A model generated the notes under the pieces. That model worked only from the letters and a program-made list of their open reading frames with translations. It was not told where the DNA came from and ran no database searches. From Chiloscyllium plagiosum (taxonomy: Eukaryota): a DNA stretch of 64,000 nucleotides. Location: the NCBI RefSeq assembly GCF_004010195.1, contig NC_057758.1, positions 9,562,850-9,626,849 of the forward strand, written 5' to 3'. Positions 13,546-26,100 of this stretch are shown in pieces. Each line of letters opens with the position of its first letter. Within the stretch, counting starts at the first letter, position 1. The translations under genes and the position numbers were made by a program.

Positions 13546-14987
13546 GTGGGAAAACAACATTGACTGTTTGGCAAATAGATGGCATGGCATTGTGTCAGTT
13601 ATGTTGGATTCAACTAAGAAAATTAATGTTTATATTTTTGAATCCGATGGTTTATTAACAAGAATGTCGATCGCAAATAGTAATTGAACCCACAAGATAA
13701 AATATTTGAGAAAAATTATACTTGGATCTTTCCTATAATATATAAAAGTTAGGAAATTAACTGTTTTTCATAATCAAACAGGCGGAGAAACGATGCTAAA
13801 ATGGTAATAGGAAGGACGTTTGGTCATATCTGAACATGGTAAGTAATGACAAACCACACATGGAGTAAACAATCCTCTTCAGCTCATGATCTGATACTTT
13901 CTCCAAGTTCAAGCCAGAATTGTTTGCATTCACTTACCATTGCATAAAGTTCAATATCATTCGCATCTCATCAGATTCTTAAACAGATGACATTGAATTG
14001 CACTACCAGTGCTAAGTTGCCAATAATCGTGCCTCTCAAGTGCCAGACATTTGCCATTTCCAAAAAGATAGCAGAGAACGTGTTTGAATGTCTCACTTGA
14101 TGAATCCCCAATTCCGCATAAATTCTCCAAGGAAGAAGGCATGCAATGCAATGCTTGCTGGATGTAAACAGTTCCAACACAACCTTGACTGCATTTCAGT
14201 GTAAAGATATAGCTCATTTGACCTCACCATTTCATTGAACATGCACTCCCTCCAACAGTAATAGAAATTAGCCGTTGTCAGTATCATCGACAAGATGCAC
14301 TCCAGAAATTCACAAAGAACCGTGAGACAGAAGCGTCTGAACACATGGCCTCTACCGGAGGAAGAGCAAAGACCGCAGAGTACTAGGAATAGCAGTATAT
14401 CGTCACCTTCAAGCTTCTCATCACCCTGACTTGGAAAGGTATTGCCCGTCCTTCCGTGCAGCAGTGTCACTATCCTGTAACTACTTGCTTCACTACATTT
14501 CGGTATAGTTGCATAAAATGAACTGCAGTGGATCAAAACGACAACTTAACCAACACCTTCTGAAGTCAATCTAGAGTTGGACAATACGTGCTGAACCAGC
14601 CAATTGTGCACATATTCCAGGAAAGTATAGAAAACAACGTTTAGAAAAGAGAAATGGTCATAAAGGAATCAAGTAAATTACATAAAATGGACATGAGTGC
14701 TAAGACGTCTGTAATAAATATCTGAGGGGAAGCAGGTTGTGAATGTTAAAAAAAACCTCGAAACTAGAACTAAAACTATTGATTGGCATTGTTAACTGTC
14801 TCGGTGATTATTTAACTTTTGATTTGATTGCACAAACAACAAAAAAACGTATTGTGTTATTACGATGTGTCACTGATTAAATTAGAAGTTTATGGACCCG
14901 CTCAGAATATAATAAATGCACAGCTATGGTCAAAACATTTCATTAAGCATCAGTTTTCCAAGAATATATTGTATTACCATAATTTAC

Positions 14988-15057
14988 CTGGAACTCCGAA
15001 AGCTGCAAGGGCAAAGTAATAAAGTAGAAATATCAACGCTTTTGCAGGAGCATGCAT
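14988..15057 (-). CDS. GPR139-like copy 1, coding exon 1 (MHAPAKALIFLLYYFALAAFGVP+G)
   Basis: ATG at 15057, 70 nt long, ending CCAG|gtaaat. The phase-1 donor joins the acceptor at 13427 in frame (G|CC = Ala, giving GVPANL of TM1). The same layout recurs at 45688-45757. Confidence 0.88.
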
Positions 15058-15117
15058 CGTTAACAAGAATAATGAATTGGTACCCTCTGACTTCTTTAGT
15101 AAGGATTGTGATGTACC

Positions 15118-15125
15118 TATTTATA
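15118..15125 (-). promoter_or_regulatory. TATA box candidate of GPR139-like copy 1
   Basis: TATAAATA on the minus strand about 60 nt upstream of the ATG. The paralogous position (45818-45825) reads CATAAATA. Confidence 0.5.
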
Positions 15126-15406
15126 CATGATGTACACCACTAGAGACACAATAACTTTGAATCATTGTTTGTATCTGGTGCAGTCTTTATTAAAAATAAA
15201 CAAACTAATGCAGCCATTTTCACGCTAATAGCAACTAATGTAATATACCGTGATCCAACAGAAAAAATGGCCAATATGCGTGAAAAAGTACTTTCAGTGA
15301 TTAAACAGGAAACTTAAACAGGAAATTATGCGATGTCAATAAATTGGAACCTTTGAAATTTTTATGACCATAGGTAATAGTAACAGAAGACAAATTCCAG
15401 AATGAA

Positions 15407-15621
15407 GGTTGAAACTTTATTGCTGGAACAGCACAGCAGGTCAGGCAGCATCCAGGGAACAGGAGATTCGACGTTTCGGGCACAGGCCCTTCTTCAGGAA
15501 GGGCCTGTGCCCGAAACGTCGAATCTCCTGTTCCCTGGATGCTGCCTGACCTGCTGTGCTGTTCCAGCAATAAAGTTTCAACTTTGATCTCCAGCATCTG
15601 CAGACCTCACTTTCTCCTCGA
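15407..15621 (+). mobile_element. Fold-back Penelope-derived insertion with hammerhead core
   Basis: Perfect 85-bp inverted arms (15408-15492 and 15498-15582) plus a 3' tail. TSD aaattccagaatgaa at 15392-15406 and 15622-15636. Confidence 0.85.
15470..15497 (-). ncRNA. Minimal type-I hammerhead ribozyme core (Penelope-type)
   Basis: CUGAAGA-A-GGGC(CUGU)GCCC-GAAAC-GUC; helix I is disrupted by the inversion junction. Confidence 0.55.
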
Positions 15622-15997
15622 AAATTCCAGAATGAATCCTAGTTTGATAGATCAAATGTTTAACTTTGAATTTGGTTACTGTGTTAGTTTTTAAATAAAT
15701 GCAAACGAGACTTCGGGGCGTCCTAAAACGGGCAGGCAGACAGACAGAGGCAATTGACCACATTGGCCAGAATGACATTGGTATGAAGACCTGCAACAAA
15801 AATTCCGGTAGTTACGTTTGAAAAGCCAGAACTCTCGGGTAATAATCTCAGGATTACTCTCCGAACTACGTGCAAATGAGGGTAGGAACTGAGACAAAGT
15901 ATATTGAATACCTTATAATGTGGTGGCATGTGTGTGTGGTATGGGGCTGTCTTAAGGAATGAGGATGATTGTGATGTATTCCAGAGACGGTGGGACC

Positions 15998-17490
15998 TAG
16001 AATGACAGAGGCATGGAAACAGATCCTTCCGTCCAACTCATCCATGCCAAACAGATATTCTAAATTAATGTTGTCCCATTTGCCAGCACTTGGTCCACAT
16101 CCCTCTTAACTCTTTCGATTCAGGCACCTATCCAGATGCATTTTAAATGCTGTCATTGTATCAGCCGCCACCATTTCGTCTGGAAGCTCATTCCATACAC
16201 ACAGCAACGTTTGCATCAAAAGGTTGACCCTTGGGTCCTTTTCAAACAGAACATTGAACATGGAACAGTCCATGGAATAGGCCATTCGGTCCTCGATGTT
16301 ACGCCAACCTGCGCAACCAGTGTGAAGCCATATGTTTATCCAATGATCATTTAAATGCCCTTAAATTGTGCGAGTCTGCTACTGTCGCAGGCCCCTTACT
16401 ACTCTCTGAGTAAATAAAATAGCTCTAACATCTATCCCATATTTATCACCTCTAAATTAAAAGCTATGTCCCTTCGTATTCGCCATCACCATCTGAGGGA
16501 AAAGGGTGTCAATGTCCGAACTATTTGACCCTCTGATTGTCTTGTATGTCTCGATTAAATCCCCCTCAACCTTATTTGCTCTAAAGAAAACAGCTTCAGA
16601 TCCCTCAGCCATTTCCTCGGAAGACCTTCCCTCCATAACAGGCAACATCTTCGTAAATCTCCTTCCAAAGCTTCCACATCCTTCCTATAATGCGGTGACT
16701 AGAACTATACATTATATTTCAAGTGCGGCCAGACTAGAACTTTTGTACAATTGCAGTACGATCTGGTAGCTCCGAAATTCAATCCCTCAGCCAATAAAAG
16801 CTGAACACCCTCTAAATCTGTGTGGTAATCTATGTACATAGACATCGACGCCTCTGTGCACATCTGCATTGCCAAGAATCTTACCATTAACCCAGCTCTC
16901 TTTATTCCTATGATGCCTTCCAAAGTGTATCACCTTACACAATTCCGCTTAATATTTCCCCTCTCACACTAAACCTGTGTCCTCTGTATCTGAGCTCTCC
17001 AAAACCACCCAAAAGACGATGTCTATTTACAATATCCATGCCCCTTATGATGTTAAAAACCTCTATAAGGACACGTCTCAGCCTCCGAAACGTCGAGAAA
17101 AAACAGTACGGGCCCTTTCAGCCTCTCCCTGTAGCTGAAACCCTCCAACCCTGGCAGCATCCTTGTAAATCTTTTCTGAACCCTTTCACGTTTCACAACA
17201 TCCTTCTGATAGGAGGGACACCCGAACTGTACACAAAAGTAGTCTAACCAATGTCCTGTACAAGCGCAACACAACCTTCCAACTCCTGTGCATGAACAAT
17301 AAAAGATAGCATACTAAATGCCTTCTGCATTATCCAATCGAGCTGAAACTTTTCTTTCAAGGAATTCAGAACGTGCACTCTAAGTTGTCTTTGTTCAGCA
17401 ACACTCCTCAGGACCTTACTATTAAGTTTATATGTCCTGCCCTGATTTGTGTTTCCAAAATGTGGCATTTCACAATTATGTAATTTAAAC
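15998..17490 (-). mobile_element. Nested CR1 3' portions (outer copy split by an inner copy at about 16245-16950)
   Basis: Two CR1 3' tails and ORF pieces such as YQKDVVKRERVQKRFTRMLPGL. Confidence 0.75.
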
Positions 17491-18377
17491 TGCACCTTTA
17501 CATGTAAGACTTGCTGCACGTAAGTTAGATGGGCATGAAAATCCTGGGAGGGAAGTTTGATACTTGTACTGGTAGTGGTAAAATTACAGTGGTGGGGAGG
17601 ATTTGGCCAGAGCCAGAGCAGCAGTTCAGTAAATATGGCCAGCATTACTTGTTCAAGAGCATATTGAAGGAAGATCCCATTGAATGATTTTGCTGGGAGT
17701 CAATGTCATCAAAGTTTCAGCGAGGATCATTGTGGGAATAGTGACCATAATTCCATAAGTTTTTGGATTCTTGTGGAGAAGGACAAGACGACTTCAGATG
17801 AAATTATTGAATTAGGAGCAAGTCTAAGTATAATTGAATGAGACAAGAATCAGATTATGTAGGTTGAGAATGGCTGCTTGAGAGTAAATCTGGGAGTCTT
17901 TCACGGACCAACTGCTTAGAGCGCTCTACAGGCATGTTCCTGTGAAAACGGAGGACAGGAATGGCAGGAATCGGGAAAATTGGATGTCAGGTTTTCGAAT
18001 TAGTGAAAAAAAGCATACCTAGTATCTGGGCAACCAAAATAAAAGGACCAGGTTTTGAAGAATAGAGCAAAACTAAAAAGGAAGTCAAGCCGAGAGGTAG
18101 GAGAGCAAAAAAGTTCGATGAAATATCCTTGGCCAACAGTTTTCAGGGGATTCCCAAGGCATTTCACATATATATGTAATGTGTAGGAGCAAGAGAGAAG
18201 CTAGGGGAAGACTAAACCCACTCATGAATAAAGTTAAGAGGTTATGTGCAGAACCACAAAAAATGGGTGAGATCCTTAATGACTACTTTGCATCGGTGTT
18301 CTCCAAAGAGATGGACATGAGGAATATTAAGTTTCGGAAAAAATGTGTGAATGCTCCCAGGCAGTTCAACATATTCA

Positions 18378-18580
18378 AGGAGATAGTGAGGACTGCAGAT
18401 GCTGGGAAGTCAGCCTTGATAAAAATGTGGAAGTGGAATAAATACAGCAGGTCAAGCAGCATCAGAGAAGCAGATGAGTCGACGTTCTGTCAAGATACTG
18501 CATCAGGTCTGGGAGGGGAAAGCGGGCTCAGAAATAAATAGAGCACGTGGTGTGGGGATGGGGGAAAATTAGGAGGAATG
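18378..18580 (-). mobile_element. Decayed Penelope pLTR fragment
   Basis: agtgaggactgcagatgctgg..cagcaggtcaagcagcatc..tcgacgtt; same family as the fold-back inserts. Confidence 0.65.
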
Positions 18581-18583
18581 GCG

Positions 18584-18865
18584 GTAGAAAATGTGCAATA
18601 TATGTCAGCCAAAACAGGACGAAACTGCCTGAGATGGCAATATCTAAAACAATGGAGTTCCTGATGCTCTTCAGTTCTGTGTCACCATTATTAATTTCAT
18701 TGCTGTGTCATCGGATTCTCCTGCGAGATTCTGCGGCAAACATAATGTGTCTAACAGTCACTTCATTAAGCAGCAAAACAACGAAGAACTGGAGACATGG
18801 GGTTTGAAAGTGGCCAAAAAGATAAAGCAATCTTCATGCAACTGATTTCTAAAAGATTTCTTTTA
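18584..18865 (-). pseudogene. GPR139-like fragment (ECL2-TM5-ICL3-TM6), decayed
   Basis: Minus strand reads ..SVA*RLLYLFGHFQTPCLQFFVVLLLNEVTVRHIMFAAESRRRIR*HSNEINNGDTELKSIRNSIVLDIAISGSFVLFWLTYIAHFL. It aligns to copy 1 at 12727-13005 and has several stops. Confidence 0.85.
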
Positions 18866-18867
18866 AC

Positions 18868-19316
18868 AGGTTCTCGGTTTGCTCGCTGAGCTGGTGGCTA
18901 AGTTTTAGAAGAGTCGTCACCATTCTCGGCAATATCATCAGTGAGCCACCAATGAAGGGTTGGTGTTCTCCCTCGCTTGCTATTTGTGTGTCTTGGTTTG
19001 TTGTGGTAGTTGACATCATTTCCTGTTTTGTTTCAAAAAGGTAGATAAATGGCTACAAGCTCTATATGTTTGTTAAAGGATCTCTAGTTAGAATGCCAGG
19101 CTTGTAGGAATATCCGGGCATGTCTTTGTTTTGTCTGTCCCAGGATGAATGTATTCTCCCAGTCAAACCAATATCCGTCTTCGTCCATGTGTGTGGATAC
19201 CTGTGGCACTTGCTCATGTTTTGTTGGCTGGTTGTTGCTCATGTATCCTGGTGGCTAGTGCCCAGCCCGTTTTTCCAAAGTAGTTTTTCTTGCAGTCCTT
19301 GCAGGGTATTTTCGTG
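18868..19316 (-). mobile_element. Penelope-like element 3' end (GIY-YIG endonuclease remnant)
   Basis: KIPCKDCKKNYFGKTGWALATRIHE followed by a pLTR-like tail (ccagctcagcgagcaaacc). Confidence 0.8.
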
Positions 19317-22199
19317 TAGACAATAGACAATAGACAATAGACAATAGGTGCAGGAGTAGGCCATTCTGCCCTTCGAGCCTGCACCACCATTCAATATGAT
19401 CATGGCTGATCATCCTCAATCAATATCCTGTTCCTGCCTTACCTCCATAACCCTTGATTCCACTATCCTTGACAGCTCAATCCAACTCTTTCTTAAACGA
19501 ATCCAGAGACTGGGCCTCCACTGCCTTCTGTGGCAGAGCATTCCCCACACCCACCACTCTCTGGGTGAAGGCGTTTCTCCTCGTCTCTGTCCTAAATAGC
19601 CTACCCCTTATTTTTAAGCTGTGTCCTCTGGTACGGGACTCACCCATCAGCGGAGACATATTTTCTGCCTCCAGAGTGTCCAATTCTTTAATAATCTTAT
19701 ACGTCTCAATCAGATCCCCTCTCAGCCTTCTAAACTCAAGCGTTTCCAAGCCCAGTCGCTCCAATCTTTCAACATAAAATAGTCCCACCATTCCAGGAAT
19801 TGACCTCGTGAACCTACGCTGCACTCCCTCAATAGCCAGAATGTCTTTCCTCAAATTTGGAGACCAGAACTGCCCAAAATATTCCAGGTGTGGTCTCACC
19901 ATGGCCCTGTACAGCTGCAGAAGAACCTCTTTGCTTCTAAACTCAATCCCTCTTGTTAGGAAGGCCAGCATACTATTATCTTTCTTCACTTCCTGCTGTA
20001 CCTGCATGCTTGCCTTCATTGACTGGTGTACAAGAACACCCAGATCTCTTTGTACTACCCCTTTATCTAACTTGACTCCATTTAAGTAGTAATCTGCCTT
20101 CCTGTTCTTGCTACCAAAGTGGATAACCATACATTTATCCACATTAAACTGCATCTGCCATGCATCTGTCCACTCACCTAACCTGTCCAGGTCACCCTGT
20201 AATCTCCTAACATCCTCCTCACATTTCACTCTGCCACCAAGCTTTGCATCATCAGCAACTTTGCTAATGTTACTATTAATGCCATCTTCTATATCAGTAA
20301 TATATATTGTAAAAAGCTGCGATCCCAGCACTGATCCCTGCAGTACCCCACTGGTCATCGCCTGCCATTCCGAAAGGGAGCCATTCATCACTACTCATTG
20401 TTTCCTGTCAGCCAACCAATTTTCAATCCAAGTCAGTACTTTGCCCCCAATACCATGTGCTCTAATTTTGCTCACTAACCTCCTATGTGGGACTTTATCA
20501 AGTGCTGTCTGAAAGTCCAGGTACACTACATCCACTGGATCTCCCTTGTCCATCTTCAGAGTTACATCCTCAAAACATTCCAGAAGATTAGTTAAGCATG
20601 ATTTCCCCTTTATAAATCCATGCTGACTCTGACCTATTCTGTTATTGCTATCCAGATGTGTCGTAATTTCATCCTTTATAATTGACTCCAGTATCTTTCC
20701 CACCATTGAGTTTAGACTAACTGGTCTAGAATTTCCTGCTTTCTCTCTCGCTCCTTTCTTAAAGAGTGATACAACATTCGCCACTCTCCAATCCACAGGA
20801 ACTGATCCTGAATCTATCGAACTCTGGAAAATAATCACCAACACATCCACAATTTCTCGAGCCACCTCCTTCAGTACCGTGGGATGTAGACCATCAGGCC
20901 CCGGGGACTTATCAGCCTTCAGACCTAACAGTCTCTCCAACACCAATTCCTGGCAAATATAAATTCCCTTCAGTTCAGGTCCTTCAGCCACTGTTACCTC
21001 TGGGAGATTGCTTGTGTCTTCCCCAGTGAACACAGATCTGAAGTACCAATTCAACTCTTCTGCTATTTTTTTGTTCCCCGAAATATATTCCCCTGTTTCT
21101 GTCTTCAAGGGCCCAATTTTAGTCTTAACCATTTTTTTCTGCCTTTCACATACCTAAAAAAGCTTTTATTATCCTCCTTTATATTTTTGGCCATTTTACC
21201 TTTGTGTCTCATGTTTTCTCTCTGCGTATTTCCTACTTAGTAATCCTCTGTTGTTCTTTAAAAGCTTCCCAGTCCTCCGTTTTCCCACTCATCTTTGCTT
21301 TGTTATACTTTTTTACTTTTGACATTATATATTTCTTAACTTCCCTCGTCAGCCACGGCCACCTGCCTCCTCCTAGGATCTTTCTTCCTTTTTGGAATGA
21401 ACTGATCCTGCATCTTCTGCATTACACCCAGAAATATTTGTTATTGTTCCTCCATTGTCATCCCTGCTAAGGTATTGCACCATTGAAGTTTGGCTAGCTC
21501 CTCCCTCATAGCTCCATAGTTCTCTTTATTCAACTGAAATATTGTCACTACCTGTACCCTCTCCCTTTCAAATTGCAGATTGAAACTTATTGTATTGTGG
21601 TGACTACCTCCTTCACTTCGAGGTCCCTGATCAATTCTAGTTCGTTGCACAATACCAGATCCAGAATTGCCTTCTCCCTGTTAGGCTCCAGCACCAGCTG
21701 TTCTAAGAATCCATCTCAGAGGCACTCCACAAAGTCTCTTTCTTGAGGTCCAATACCATCCTGATTCTCCCAGTCTACCTGCATGTTGAAACGCCCCTGA
21801 ACAACTGTAGTAACATCTTTGCGACAGGCCGATTTCTGCTCTGTATTCAACATTTACCTTACATCCATACTACTGTTTGGGGGCCTGTAGATAACTCCCA
21901 AGAGGGTCTTTCTACCCTTAGAATTTCTCAGCTCTATCCATACAGACTCTACATCCCCTGATTCTTTGTCCACCCGCACAAGGGACTGAATATCATCCCT
22001 TACCAACATGGCCACCCCACCCCCTCTGCCCGTCTGTCTGTCCTTACAATAGCACGTATAGCCTTGAATATTCATTTCCCAGGCCCTGTCCACTTGAAGC
22101 CATGTCTCAGTTATCTCCACAATATCGTAGCTGCCAATTTCCAAAAGAGCCTCAAGCTCATCCATCTTATTTCTAATACTTCGTACATTCATATATAAT
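19317..22199 (-). mobile_element. Young CR1 LINE with near-complete ORF2 (EN+RT) and few lesions
   Basis: LYMNVRSIRNK..ITETWL (EN domain). ORFs 20395..21132 and 19477..20391 are in frame across one stop. Motifs QHGFIKGKSCLTNL, GVLQGSVLG and VADD, with a (ctattgt)n tail. Confidence 0.95.
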
Positions 22200-22365
22200 G
22201 TTTGTGAGAAGATTTGTAGCTCGGGTGCTCGTTGCTGTGGTTCTGTTCGCCGAGCTGGAAGTTTTTGTTGCAAACATTTCGTCCCCTGTCTAGGTGACAT
22301 CCTCAGTGCTTGGGAACCTCCCGTGAAGCGCTTCTGTGGTGTTTCCTCCGGCATTTATAGTGGCA
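22200..22365 (-). mobile_element. Penelope pLTR 3' end with hammerhead motif
   Basis: gca-CTGAGGA-TGTCACCTAGACAGGGGAC-GAAA-TGTT-tgc followed by gagctacaaatcttctcacaaac. Confidence 0.8.
22269..22309 (-). ncRNA. Minimal hammerhead ribozyme, near intact
   Basis: Helix I GCA/UGC, CUGAGGA core, helix II GUC.CCU/AGG.GAC, GAAA and a GUU cleavage triplet. Helix III has C>U relative to GAAACGUU. Confidence 0.6.
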
Positions 22366-22719
22366 TTTATAATCCCCACTCATCTTTCTATATTCCATGA
22401 GTATTGTCCCAGAACCCTCCAGTGATCGTCATATGTTAAGCCTTTCATTCCTGGAATTATTCTCGTGAACCTACTCTGAAGCAGCTCCAGGGTGAATACA
22501 TGTTTCCTGACCTATGCACCCAGAATTGCGCACAATACTCCAAATGTGGTATGTCCATAGCTTTATGAAACCTCAGATGTACATCTCTATTTTTACATTC
22601 TGCTCCTGGCGAGATGAATGAAAGCATTGTAGTTTCCTTCCTCGCTACTAACTCAACCTGTAAATTTACCTTAAGAGAAACCTGGACTAGAACTTACAAT
22701 TCCCAGTTAAAAGGGACTT

Positions 22720-25700
22720 GCTGAGCAAAGTTTCACAGAGGTGGTGATACGTATGTGGAATCAGCCTCTGGAAGAAGCTGTAGAAGCGATAAGAAGTACA
22801 CTAATTTAAGAAATTAAAAACGTACATGAATAGGAAATGCTTGGCGTGATGTGGACAAACGCAAGCTAATGGAACTAATTCATTTAAACACACCTGTTCA
22901 GCATGGGCCATTTGAACGAAAAGGGTCTGTCTTAAATTCTGTATGACTATCAACAAATTCACATTAAATCCCCAGGAGGATGTGAGTGATCTTATGAATA
23001 ACTCAGACTGCCTTCATATCATGTCACTAGAACGACTCGAATATTAGATAGCAAAATCATACATAATGGGCAACTGATCCACCACAATAAGCTTGACTAA
23101 TTTTTCTGCTGTGACCATCAATGATCTGTTTTGAAGTCAAAAATAAACACAACGGCATGTTTCACTACCATATCCAAAAATAAAACATACTATAATTGGT
23201 TAACATGGCAGAGATCTATTCAACTGGTAAAATAAATCACATAACCCTGGAAAATATACATGCATGCCTCTTTTTAAATTACTTTTGGACCATCTCATTT
23301 AAAGAAGAATACAACCCCATTCACGGAAATAGCCACAATGAATTTGATATTAACTGCAAAAATCTGAGCAAAACGAAACCAATATACATTTACCACAAGT
23401 TGGAAACTGTCTGTCGTGAGAAGTGATCTTGAACTGACGAATGAATATTATATCCACTTTCACAGCCTTGAGGAATGGCAATAGACAGGCAGTTGACCAG
23501 TTTAAAACGGGATTATAGTCATACATTTAACTTAGCTAAGGCAGTAAAAATAGGGAGACTCCGATTTATATGTTCACTGATGATATCAACTCTGCACAAA
23601 TTGTGCTGAGGACGAATTTGTGTAATGTGTCCGAAACGTTTTCGGAGAAACATATTGAAGAGCTACATGGAAAATGCAATAAAGTTGTTCAAGGACTTCT
23701 TATTATTTCTATCTGTTCTACACTCGCATAGTATGTCATCCGAACCGTCCTCGAACAACCAAATTCATCTGATCTCCGCGATGGCTCGGCAGACTCAAGT
23801 AGACCCATGAATGCGAACATGTTTGGGCAGAAAACACTGGAAAAACGCATCAAAAATGTCAGTTTGCTTTTTTTCCCTTCTGGCTGACTTGGCGACAAGC
23901 TATGTTCCATTTGTTGCTTTCCATAACTGAAACTTGGAAAACCGACACTCTCATTTTATAAGCGTTGTATTGAGTTTACTCGATACCATTGGTCGTTGTG
24001 GAGAAAAGGAGAAAAATCCTTCAGAATTGTGGAAATAAAAGTAGTTCCTTGCTGTTTTGTTGAATGGCATCTGAAATTGTTACATCAATTTCATATTCTA
24101 TTTCGGTTTTGTCTGTCTTTGATAAAACAATATGTAATAACAAAATGAATTAATTAACTTGGATGCAGTTAAAGTTTAGGATGTATTTACATTAATGTAT
24201 TACTGTTCCATAGCATGTATTAATTTTTAAGACTCGGTGCCGAAATCTGAATAAGGGTGTGGCATTTAGGTATGTCTGTGAAAATTGATGATGCTGAATT
24301 GCGAAAATGTGCCAACAGACTTGACTGTGAACAGGAAATGGGCGATATTTAAATCAGTTCAACACAATCATCATGAGGCATACATGCCTTGTAGGGAAAA
24401 CAAAAGATCTCAGTCGAAAATATGAATCAACGATGTCTACCAAATTAATTTTAAGATTGTATTATGCCGAAGGAAGTTACCTATAAGGAAGGCAGAAAAT
24501 ATTTCTCAGAATTGAGAGCAATTTCAAAGGCATAAGAAAATGAATGAGTGTCTGTAAAATGGATAGAAAACAGAATATAAACACAAAACAGCGAGGCATA
24601 TCAAGGCAGGCTATCGGAAATCCTACAGAGATAAATAGAAAAGCTAAAACTAGTTTATGCAGATGCTACGGGTGGAGCTGTGACTCAGTGGTTAGCACTG
24701 CTGCCTCGCCGCACGAGAGACATGAGTTTCATTCTAGCACGGGTAGAAGTCTGTGTGGAGTTTGAATATCCTCACTGTTAGTGCTCTGGGTTTCTACCAG
24801 ATATACAACTTGGGTGGATTGGCAATGCTAAGTTGCCTACAGTACCCAGAAATGTGCCAGCTCGACGTGTTAACTATGAGGAAAGCAGGAATGGGATTGC
24901 ATTGGTCTGAATGGGATGCACTTCAGAGAGTCAGTATGGAATCGATTGGCTGAATGCTGTACTTACACCCTGCAGGGATTCCATGAAACTCTCTCCAGCA
25001 GCAGTGAGCATGAAGGACGAAGTAAGATGTCGAGTTACAGGAGGACATAAGCAATTATATTGGCGTGGCATCAATTACTTAATTTGTCTTTTTTAAATGC
25101 ATGTCATTAACAAGAAATGCAATTATGATAAGCTAGTAACTTTATGTATATAAAATAAAAACACATGGCTCGCTAAACCTTTGGAAAGAAGGAATCTCGT
25201 CACATTATCAACTCTGGTACACAAGTGACTTCATTTCCAAGTGATGCACATCTCAATTAAGTGCCTTTGGGATTGCTGAATACACATTTGACTTATACCG
25301 AAGCTACAAAAGTAACTGAGACATGAATCTAAATTGACCGAGGAAAAACATAAGTTTCAAAGAAGTGCTTGATATCATTCTTTTTCTGGATAGTCAATTA
25401 ATGGTGCACTGGTTAGCAACACTCACACGACAATAATAATTCAAAAGGGCATAGAATTTGGTAGATTCGGGATATTATAATGCAACGAATTAAAACAATC
25501 CTAGAAAGAATTGCTGATGCTGGAAATCGGAAACATCAACAGAAATTGCTGGAAAAAATCACCAGGTCTAGCAGAAACTGTGGCGAGAAATCAGTTAACG
25601 TTTTGTGTCCAGTGACCCTTCTAAAGAACTGATGGTAGCTCGGAATTTTTTTTGTGTAGAAGGTAGAGAAGCGGGAGGCAGTTAGGAGAAAAAGATAGTT

Positions 25701-26100
25701 GGAGAGATCGAGTCCAGATAGAAAACAAACCTGTTGAACCAACAAAAAAGTGATAACAATCACCTTAATAAAGCATACAGCTTCTAATTGGGACTATTCG
25801 TGTCTAAAAAGGGGTTGTGCGTACTTTTAGACTATGTGACAGCAAGGTCAGATGTTTTGGGGCGGAGGAAAACTTGGGGAAGGTGTTCAGCCTAAAATTG
25901 TTGAACTCGATATTGAACCCAGAAGGCTGTAGACGTCACAAGCAGGAAATGAGGTGCTGTTCTTCAAGCTTGTGTTGATCTTCGCTGAAGCACTGCAGCA
26001 AGCCTGTAACAGAAATGTTGACCAGGGTAGTATGTCATATACTTGAAGTGGCAGACAAAGGGAAACTATGGGATTTAGCTGTGTGGAAGAAATGTTTGGG
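22720..26100. repeat. Segmental duplication block B, copy 1 (paralogue of about 35460-40870)
   Basis: Shared anchors in the same order: ccaggaggatg, ttgaagtcaaaaata, tgtatta(t/c)gcc(g/a)aaggaagt, an old HE1 SINE and a decayed Penelope. Confidence 0.72.

Larger units (their letters stand above)
12250..18370. repeat. Segmental duplication block A, copy 1 (paralogue of about 42815-47400)
   Basis: Colinear similarity across the 3' flank (atccatttcaaaa(a)ggaaat), exons, intron, promoter and an old plus-strand CR1. Confidence 0.8.

Noticed and set aside
15301..15597. Near-identical peptides on both strands (LLEQHSRSGSIQGTGDSTFRAQ); similar cases at 27596-27799 and 42059-42583
   Set aside because: These are artefacts of the palindromic Penelope-derived inserts.
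19477..21132. Long RT ORFs as a host gene or active LINE
   Set aside because: There is an in-frame stop at 20395-20397, upstream frameshifts, a VADD motif and no ORF1, so this is a dead CR1 copy.
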